DNA from: Lachnospiraceae bacterium
GTDB taxonomy: Bacteria > Bacillota > Clostridia > Lachnospirales > Lachnospiraceae
Assembly (NCBI GenBank): GCA_045124315.1
Contig: JBGVLO010000009.1
Span: 5,348 to 69,347, forward strand
Length of the DNA: 64,000 nt
Direction of reading: 5' to 3'
This document shows, in pieces, positions 54,687-62,900 of the stretch. Below the pieces are notes generated by a model that worked only from the letters and a program-made list of their open reading frames with translations, was not told where the DNA came from and ran no database searches. Both the position numbers and the translations under genes were made by a program. The stretch's first letter is position 1. Each line of letters begins with the position of its first letter.

Positions 54687-56144
54687 ATGGTAGATCACAA
54701 CAAAAAAATGTATGAACTATTAGAACAAATTGAAGCCGCAGAAACAAATAAGCACGTGAAAATAGAGGGCTTAAAAAAAGATGCAGCAAAAAAACAAGTA
54801 GAAAAAGAGATTACACGACTGGTCAGAAATGAAATCTGCATGTCAGATTCCGCTATGAAGTTAATGAATACCGTAAGTCAAATAAGCAACTTTGATGTAG
54901 GAATGGAATATATGTCTAATATGATGAAACATTATTCCTTTGAGCTATCCGAACTTAGTGAATCAAATCTTGCCGTTATCGAGGAAACCACTGCAAGTAT
55001 GACTACAATCAATGAAGCCATCACAAATACAGCGTCAACGCTCGATAGTGTTAATGATGAAGTTCAGACGCTTGGTCAGGATACCAAAGAAAGTATCCAG
55101 ATTTTGAACTCATCCAAAAACTTAAAAGATCAGATGATGAAGGATATTGATGAGATGGGAACCAAAATCACGCAACTTGTTCATCTTGCCAGTGAGGTCA
55201 ACAAAATCGTAGAAAGTGTACAATCAATTGCCAATCAGACCAATCTATTAGCTTTAAATGCAGCAATAGAGGCAGCAAGAGCCGGAGATGCCGGAAAAGG
55301 TTTTGCAGTAGTTGCAGAAGAAATCCGACAACTTGCAGATAATACTGCAACCAATCTTTCAGGTATGAAGCAATTCGTTGCAGATATGAATGTGGCCGCA
55401 GAGGAGGGCAAAAACAGCCTAGACCGTTCCGTAGAAACCGGAGAAAAAATGGGAGATCATATAGACCGAGTTGTGGACAGTATGGAACATAACAGCCTCG
55501 CCCTTAGCGAAATTGTCGTGAATGTAAATGATATGAATCAGTCAATAGAAAATATTAAAAATTCTATTTCTGAAGTAAATACTGCCATGGAAAGCTCTAC
55601 TGAAGATGCACAGAGACTATCCGAGATGACCCACGATATTATGCAAAATTCAGAAAGCAGTGTAGAATATGCACATAAATTATCTGATATTGATGATGAC
55701 TTATCACAAATCGTGAACACCATGTATCAAGCTCTTGAAACCGGTCGTCGTGCATTAGAAAATGATGAAGTCATTGCCATTCTTGAAAAGGCAAAAGTCG
55801 CCCACGCAAGCTGGATTGAAAATTTAAAAAAGGTAGTTTATGATGGTGAACACATTCCATTGCAGACAAATTCAAAAAAATGTATGTTTGGACATTTCTA
55901 TTTTGCTTTGATTATCAACAACGAATCATTAAAAGCAGAATGGAACAAAATTGGTACCTTACATAATGCTTTTCACTCAACCGGACTGGCTGTTGTCAAT
56001 AGTATATACCTTAAGAATGGAGAGGACAAACAGGAACTTTTTGAGGAAACAGCAAATCTTTCGAAAGAACTTACTAATGCCATAAATGCAGCCATCAACA
56101 AAATAAAGGAACTTACTGCAAACGGTATCAATATATTTGAGTAA
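54687..56144 (+). CDS. Soluble methyl-accepting chemotaxis protein with C-terminal CZB (chemoreceptor zinc-binding) domain
   Basis: MCP signalling hairpin ([38 protein letters not shown]) with no TM segments. The C-terminal H...C...H pattern (HASWIENL...KKCMFGHF...LHNAFH) fits CZB. Confidence 0.85.
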   Translation: MVDHNKKMYELLEQIEAAETNKHVKIEGLKKDAAKKQVEKEITRLVRNEICMSDSAMKLMNTVSQISNFDVGMEYMSNMMKHYSFELSELSESNLAVIEETTASMTTINEAITNTASTLDSVNDEVQTLGQDTKESIQILNSSKNLKDQMMKDIDEMGTKITQLVHLASEVNKIVESVQSIANQTNLLALNAAIEAARAGDAGKGFAVVAEEIRQLADNTATNLSGMKQFVADMNVAAEEGKNSLDRSVETGEKMGDHIDRVVDSMEHNSLALSEIVVNVNDMNQSIENIKNSISEVNTAMESSTEDAQRLSEMTHDIMQNSESSVEYAHKLSDIDDDLSQIVNTMYQALETGRRALENDEVIAILEKAKVAHASWIENLKKVVYDGEHIPLQTNSKKCMFGHFYFALIINNESLKAEWNKIGTLHNAFHSTGLAVVNSIYLKNGEDKQELFEETANLSKELTNAINAAINKIKELTANGINIFE

Positions 56145-56174
56145 TAGACAATACATTTGTTTCGTAAACATAAA

Positions 56175-56216
56175 AGGCTGTCGCACTATGATTTTTATGT
56201 GCGACAGCCTCTTTTT
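56175..56216. terminator. Bidirectional terminator hairpin
   Basis: AGGCTGTCGCAC-loop-GTGCGACAGCCT with T-runs on both strands. Confidence 0.7.
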
Positions 56217-56928
56217 ACTCTGCAATCAAATCCTTTATTACTTCTGATGCCACAATCAATCCTGCAACAGACGGTACAAACGAAATAGAACCCGGAACCG
56301 GCTTTTCTCCCGTATTGTCTCCACCCTCTTTTTTCATAGGCTTGATTGGTTTTTCCTGTGAATATACTACTTTTAATTTTTTAATACCTCTCTTTTTCAA
56401 TTCCTGTCTCATAACTCTCGCCAACGGACAAACAGAAGTATGATAAATATCTGCCACCTGAAATTCTGACGGATTCAGCTTATTTCCTGCCCCCATGCTG
56501 CTTATGATAGGCGTATGACTCTCCTCCGCCTGCATAACCAGTGAAATTTTTCCTGTCACCGTATCTATAGCATCTACCACATAATCATATTGGGTAAAAT
56601 CGAACTGCTCCTTTGTCTCAGGCAAGTAGAAACAATTATGCGTAATCACTTTACATTCTGGATTGATAGAAAGTACCCGTTCTTTACAAACCTCTGTTTT
56701 TAACCTCCCAATTGTGTTTCTTGTAGCTATAATCTGTCGATTCAGGTTACTTAAGCTAACCGTATCATTATCGATCAGATCCAATGCTCCCACACCACTT
56801 CTGACCAATGCCTCTACTACATATCCTCCGACCCCTCCTACACCAAATATTGCCACTCTTGCCTTCGCCAATCGTTCTAATTTCTCTTTTCCAAGTAAAA
56901 GTTCGGTTCTCTCAAATTGTTCTAACAT
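56215..56928 (-). CDS. tcdA: tRNA threonylcarbamoyladenosine dehydratase (ThiF/MoeB-like E1 fold)
   Basis: FGVGGVGGYVVEALVRSGVG...DNDTVSLSNLNRQ nucleotide-binding motif; 237 aa. Confidence 0.8.
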   Translation of the reverse strand: MLEQFERTELLLGKEKLERLAKARVAIFGVGGVGGYVVEALVRSGVGALDLIDNDTVSLSNLNRQIIATRNTIGRLKTEVCKERVLSINPECKVITHNCFYLPETKEQFDFTQYDYVVDAIDTVTGKISLVMQAEESHTPIISSMGAGNKLNPSEFQVADIYHTSVCPLARVMRQELKKRGIKKLKVVYSQEKPIKPMKKEGGDNTGEKPVPGSISFVPSVAGLIVASEVIKDLIAE

Positions 56929-56996
56929 CTTCTCTTCCCTTCTGGAAAACTTTTTCCCATTATTTTTCTTATGATAGAACTATATTTATTACCGTT

Positions 56997-57666
56997 CTAT
57001 GCATGAGGAATATTCGTATAGTCAGATATTTCTCTGCTAATAGTAGCCAAATCTTCCACCGATAGATCATGAATATTTTTATGACCTGTAATTCTTCCAA
57101 ACATCTGCAATTCACCAAAAGACACATTTAGAAAATTTGCCACTCGCTGTGCCGCTGCATCCACCTTTAGTCGTTCCCTTAAAGCTGGATCCTGTGTGGC
57201 AATTCCCACCGGACAATTTCCACTTCCACAAATACAGTACTGCTGACATGCGGCGGCAATAAGCCCAGCAGATGCGATAGCTACTGCATCTGCCCCCATA
57301 GCAATGGCTTTCGCAAAATCAGAAGATACCCGAAGGCCTCCGGTGATAATCAAAGAAATATCTGACTTTATGGAATCTAAATACTTTCTGGCACGATACA
57401 ATGCATAAATAGTCGGTATAGAAGTAGACTCTCGTAACAAAAGCGGAATCGTATTGCAATTTCAACGTCTTCTCTTCCTTCTGTTCCACCACAGTTTTTG
57501 TCTTCGTATCTGCCTTCCTCTCCTCAACCAGCTCAAACTTGTCAACCGGCTCAAACTTGCCAACCGGCTGCTTACAGACTGGACAACTGTCTAATTCCGA
57601 AAATGATTTCCCTTCTTTTTCCTCATCAAAAACGTATCCACATACACTACATTTATATACTGCCAT
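56997..57666 (-). pseudogene. Rubredoxin-fused FMN-binding glutamate-synthase-family gene with a large internal deletion
   Basis: The N-terminal rubredoxin-like part YKCSVCGYVF...CPVCKQP and the C-terminal part IPTIYAL...ITGGLRVSSDFAKAIAMGADAVAIAS...CPVGIATQD lie in different frames, joined at about 57430. The central FMN-barrel part is missing. Confidence 0.7.
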
Positions 57667-57755
57667 AAAAATACCCCCTTCTCTTTTGTAGCACTACGCA
57701 TACCACAATTATACCAAATTCTAGTGAGTTTTCCACAAAAATCCATTTTATTATA

Positions 57756-58547
57756 TTATTCTATCGTAACTTTTCCCATATATTTTCCATGTACTACAAA
57801 TCTGGTTGCTTCATTTCCAGTACATGTAGATAATGTAATGGTTTTATCCAATTCTGATACTTCCAGGTTCGTGCGAATTTGTGTGTTGCTTTTAGCCATA
57901 TCTAGAAACTCGGCATAGGAAAAACTATCATCAAAAATAGTTTTATATATTTTTCCTGTGGCATTTGTCACATGACAGGAAAATACTCTGTAACGATAAG
58001 TCTCTTTTTCCGTAAAAATATATATGTTTCTATGATTCTTAAAATACTCAGAGTCAGAGTATTTTTTCAATGAACCAAACATGGAACCATTTCTCATATT
58101 ATGTCCATATATAACCGTATGCAAATCACTGAAATCCCCACTATTTTCATTGCTTACAAAGATACTTCCATAAATGCTATCTGCCCCATTATAGGTTTTA
58201 TGTAAATATTTTTCATTATCCTGTCCCTGAACTAAGGGATAGCTGATAGCTGAATTGGGAATATAAATCCACCCCACCACTTCTTTATTGATAGTCTGCA
58301 GTTTTTTTACATCCACAGAAATCATACTCTCCTTCTGTGGTTCTTTCTCCACATCCTTCGGGTCATCTGTGATCTTTGGCTCAAATTCTACATTTTCGGC
58401 CACGACCTGACTCTCAATTTCAGAATACACACGATCCCCTTTTTCATATGCCCGATTAATTCCTATTGTTTTCCACAAGGAAAATCCAAAAACAGCAATG
58501 GCACCTATAAACATCACCAAAATTATAATTCGTTTTCCCTTACCCAT
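57756..58547 (-). CDS. srtB: Class B sortase
   Basis: N-terminal TM anchor, with YGHNMRNGSMFGSL and TLSTCT catalytic-Cys motifs. RBS GGGAGGAGG lies before the MGKGKR start at 58547. Confidence 0.85.
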   Translation of the reverse strand: MGKGKRIIILVMFIGAIAVFGFSLWKTIGINRAYEKGDRVYSEIESQVVAENVEFEPKITDDPKDVEKEPQKESMISVDVKKLQTINKEVVGWIYIPNSAISYPLVQGQDNEKYLHKTYNGADSIYGSIFVSNENSGDFSDLHTVIYGHNMRNGSMFGSLKKYSDSEYFKNHRNIYIFTEKETYRYRVFSCHVTNATGKIYKTIFDDSFSYAEFLDMAKSNTQIRTNLEVSELDKTITLSTCTGNEATRFVVHGKYMGKVTIE

Positions 58548-58681
58548 TTCATTATCCTCCTCCCTATTTCTCAAAAAATAATTGTCCTCTTTCTATTATA
58601 TTCGTATTTTCATCAGGAAGCAAATAGAGCTATAGCCGTAATAGCCATAGCTCTATCGAAACATATCTCTTTTAATAATGA

Positions 58682-59653
58682 TTACTCCATAGATGTAATC
58701 TCATCATAGAATTCACAATAATCTGTTCTCTTGTCTGCAGTGAACTTGATTGCAGTTCTAGGATGCTGATTTGTCATACCTGTTAATAAGTACTGAAGAT
58801 CATATCCCCATACGATACCATCTTCTTTTAGCTTTAACATATGATTTTCAATGAACTTTAATACAGGACGAACATCATACTTTGGATTCTTTAAGAAACC
58901 AAGTAATAATTCCATTGCACAGTTTCCTGCACCTCTACCCATAGAAAGATATGTTGCATCCAACCAGTCTACACCATCTCCACAAGCTTCAATTGTATTT
59001 GCAAAAGCAAGTCTCTGATTATCATGTGCATGGATACCAATCTTCTTGTTGTACTTTGCAGCAAATTCCATGTACATATCTGATACACGAGCCATTTCTT
59101 CCGGATAAATAGAACCAAAACTATCCACAATGTAAATAGCATCTACCGGAGTCTGTCCTAACATATCCAGCGCAGCACGAAGATCATTCTCCTGGGCACT
59201 TGAAATTGCCATAATATTACAGCTTGTCTCATATCCCTTCTTCGATGCATCTTCTACCATGTCGATTGCCTCTGGTAACTGATGAATATAGGCAGCTACA
59301 CGAATCAAATCTACTGGTGAGTTTGCCTTCTGATCAAAATCATTCTTATCATGTCTTCCGATATCTGCCATAACTGCTAACTTAAGATCTGTATCATTCT
59401 CACCAACAATTTCTCTAATATGATCATCGCTACAGAATTTCCACTTACCAAACTTAGACTCATCAAATACTTTCTTAGATGCACGATATCCCATTTCCAT
59501 GTAGTCTACACCAGCATCCACATTTGCCTGATAAAGTGCTTTTACGAATTCATCTGTAAAATAAAAATCATTTACAAGACCACCATCACGCAAAGTAGCG
59601 TCTACAACTTTGATACTCTCTCTGTAACCCAATAAATCTTTTACGTCTTTCAT
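58682..59653 (-). CDS. HMGL-like (DRE-TIM metallolyase) aldolase-family protein
   Basis: VVDATLRDGG start motif and the metal-binding GIHAHDN, as in pyruvate carboxyltransferase-domain enzymes. The substrate is unknown. Confidence 0.75.
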   Translation of the reverse strand: MKDVKDLLGYRESIKVVDATLRDGGLVNDFYFTDEFVKALYQANVDAGVDYMEMGYRASKKVFDESKFGKWKFCSDDHIREIVGENDTDLKLAVMADIGRHDKNDFDQKANSPVDLIRVAAYIHQLPEAIDMVEDASKKGYETSCNIMAISSAQENDLRAALDMLGQTPVDAIYIVDSFGSIYPEEMARVSDMYMEFAAKYNKKIGIHAHDNQRLAFANTIEACGDGVDWLDATYLSMGRGAGNCAMELLLGFLKNPKYDVRPVLKFIENHMLKLKEDGIVWGYDLQYLLTGMTNQHPRTAIKFTADKRTDYCEFYDEITSME

Positions 59654-59941
59654 TGCTTCTACATCCTATCGTATTATATTTATAGCCAAAAAGGCCACAT
59701 TCGTTCTCTACTATATCACATACTGTAGAATTTTGCAAATAGACTGTTTTTTCAAAATAGTAACAGTTCAAGCTGAATTTGTGAATTAAGGTATTTTAAC
59801 CCCAATGATACCTACGAATTGCTTCGCTGGTAGCAGCTCCCGCAATTCTACAAACATTCGGAATTCGCTGATTTACTGCGTAAATCGCTACTTCCTCATG
59901 TTTGGTGGGTCCCAAGGACATTCACCCACATTAGAGCAAGC

Positions 59942-62900
59942 TCATGTGGGTTCAGACCTTTTGACCCTGGTATCATATTTCTTTGTATATGTAGCATTTT
60001 TTTTTGTTATTTTATCATAAACTGTCACCCTTAAGGTATATGTACCTGCTTTGTTTGGAACCCAGTATGTATATGGCTTAGTGCCATATTTTGAGATTAT
60101 TTTATACTTACCGGTTTTGTATTTGTAGGCAAATTTGTACTGATAACTTCCTCCACCGCCTGTTGCTTTTGCAGTAAGTTTAATTTTATTGCCAACCTTA
60201 GCTTTTGAACTGGCTTCGCTTGTTATTAAGCTCTTAGCTTTGAGCTTATTATAAATACAGAATTTTTCAACACTTTTCTTAATTACTTTATCACCATCTT
60301 TTACATAAATAATTACCTCATAATTTCCCGCTCCCTTTCGTTTTTTGATGGTAGTAGTTGTAGTTATTCTTTCAGCTAAGTCGTTCGGTGTTTCGTCTTC
60401 TGTTGGTTTCGCAGCATAAGATTGCTCTGTAGCAACGGATTCAGGTTGCTTGGTAGCAACAATATCTGGCTGCTCGGTTGCAATGATATCTGGCTGCTCA
60501 GTGGCAACAATATCTGGCTGATCAGTGGCAACAGGTTCAGGATCAAGAACTAACTCAGGCTGACGATCCACTGTCACACCGAATAACTTAAACACATCAT
60601 AAACTTCAGTAGCTGATAATGCTGATTTGACAATCGGATCTTCGTATCTGTTATCGTCACCATTTAAATCCTCCAGTAAGTTGAAGGTGGAATGCGTATC
60701 CTTATCTTTGTATTCAGCAATAAATGTGTCCTTCTCACCAATTTTGTAGGAATCTCTGAAAATAGTAGCAGAGTTATTCATGTAATAAGTATTATAGTCA
60801 GACTTAATTAAATTTTGTTCCTTAAAGAAAATATTCGTTTTATTTGTCTGTTCGATAAAGTAGATTCTGATTGGGTTGTATACAAAGTTGTTGTGGAAGT
60901 AAATATCTGTATTTTCTATTACATATCCCCAGAATAAAATATGAGCAGACACATATTTGTCAGGTCTGGCTTCATATCCCCAGCCACGCCCCTGATTAAC
61001 GGATACATTTTCACTAAATTGATATCCATTTATTCCGGTTGCCGAGCCACTTTCCCATATTTCTGAATCCTGTGTATTGGCAACAAAAAGATTATGTTTC
61101 ACTTCTACATCTTTACCGGAACCTGCGGTTCCCTGCATTGTAAATCCTACATCATATACATTTTTGATGATGTTTCGTTCAACTGTGATATTTGATGCAT
61201 TTGTTCCGTAAAATTCGATTCCGTTTCCGTAGCGTGTGGTGCCATTTAAATAGCTTCCACCAATATCTTCAATAATGTTGTCAGATATGATTGCGTTATC
61301 AATATCCGTTCCTGCATAAATAACACCGTGAGCACCGGTTCCCTTTATATTCAGATTTGATAATTTCAAATTCGAACTAAGCGATACAAGGTTTGTTTTG
61401 GTTGCAAGCTTTAAACTTCCAAGCTTTGAATAAGGATTTTGAGCTGATTTTACATATAAATATTGTGTATCACAGTAGAAATCATTTTCTTCGATGAGTG
61501 ATGTGAGAGCATCTTTTTTGTTATAATATTTTACGCCATTTTTATCTTCCATAAATCCGATATTTACGCTATTGGCATCCGTTGTCTTCATTCCATTGAA
61601 GTTATCAGTATTCGTTAAATCAATTTTGTATATGCCATCTGAATATAATTCCCATGATTTGATGTTATCAGCGATTTTGTAACCACTTATGACAGGCAAT
61701 GGGCCTTCGCCATATGCAGAAATCGTTGTGACTTTATCGTTGGCTTTCATTATGTATGGATTAAATGAGCCATAGAATGTATCACCTTTCTTAAATAAAA
61801 TAATATCGCCACTTAAGAATTTCTTTTTGTTTGCATCTTCGTATGACATAGGCGTTTTTTCGCTTAATCCGTCACCTGTTCCATCTGCAGATACATAATA
61901 TACAGTTGATTTTACTTCAGGAAGTGGAGTATCATCGCAATATGTTTCACATGGCAATTTTACATCAAGCACTCCCTCTTTTTGTTTTTCATATACATAT
62001 GCAAGTATTTTGTCTAATGCTTGTTCATTACAGTCATAATTTGACCAATTAATTTGTTTGGTAAAAGTATCTGTTAAATGGAAGTAGATATTTATTTTTT
62101 TACCCAAATATATGGCTTCATCTATTTCTGATTTCATCTTGTTGAAAAGTGTTTCGGCCTCATTGTCCGGCTGATTCGATATTGGTAACAAAGTTCTTAT
62201 CTGTATACGATCGTTTACAAAATCGTTCTCTTCATCACAGGTACCAAGTGCGTATTTGTACCATTTTTTCATAATCGGTATGTACTCGGAACGAGTGCTA
62301 AGATTTGGAATTGCAAAGCCTTTTACATTACCGCGGCCGATAATACTTTCAACATATGATTTTCCTTCCACTAATTCCTGCTCTAAAGTGAAACCGGAAT
62401 GGGAGATATGACCTTCTTCGCTAGGCATAATAAATAAACTTTGACCTTTTTGGTTAATTCCCGAATCCAGACCATGTGGTATGATTTCCCAACCAGAATC
62501 ATAAAGCTCTTTTATCTCGGATTCTGAGAGATAGCTGGCATTTCCAGCAGTGCCTTTTTGCACATAATCCTTGCGAACTGCAACTGAGCCCTTAAAGCCA
62601 TATTTATCAAATTTATCCTTTACAATTGTGTATGCATCTTTGTATGCATCGTCCATTGTAAATGTGACAACACCATTTCCATTCTTTATTTCTTTAATCC
62701 GATCCTGCTCTCTGACGGCAAGCTTATCATAAATCTGCTTATATGTAACGATCTCAAGTTCATCGCTGCTTTTTGACTTAGCATAATCAATCAATTCCTT
62801 CAAATTCTCCTCAGATATTTCTGAAAAATCATGGAAATAAAAAACAGACCAATTTTTATTTGCAATTGTATCATCAATAGCTGCCTTCATTTTCTCCATA

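Noticed and set aside
59805-60020. 71-aa + strand ORF spanning the structured interval and the end of the giant gene
   Set aside because: It overlaps the well-supported minus-strand coding sequence, and it has no RBS and an implausible composition.
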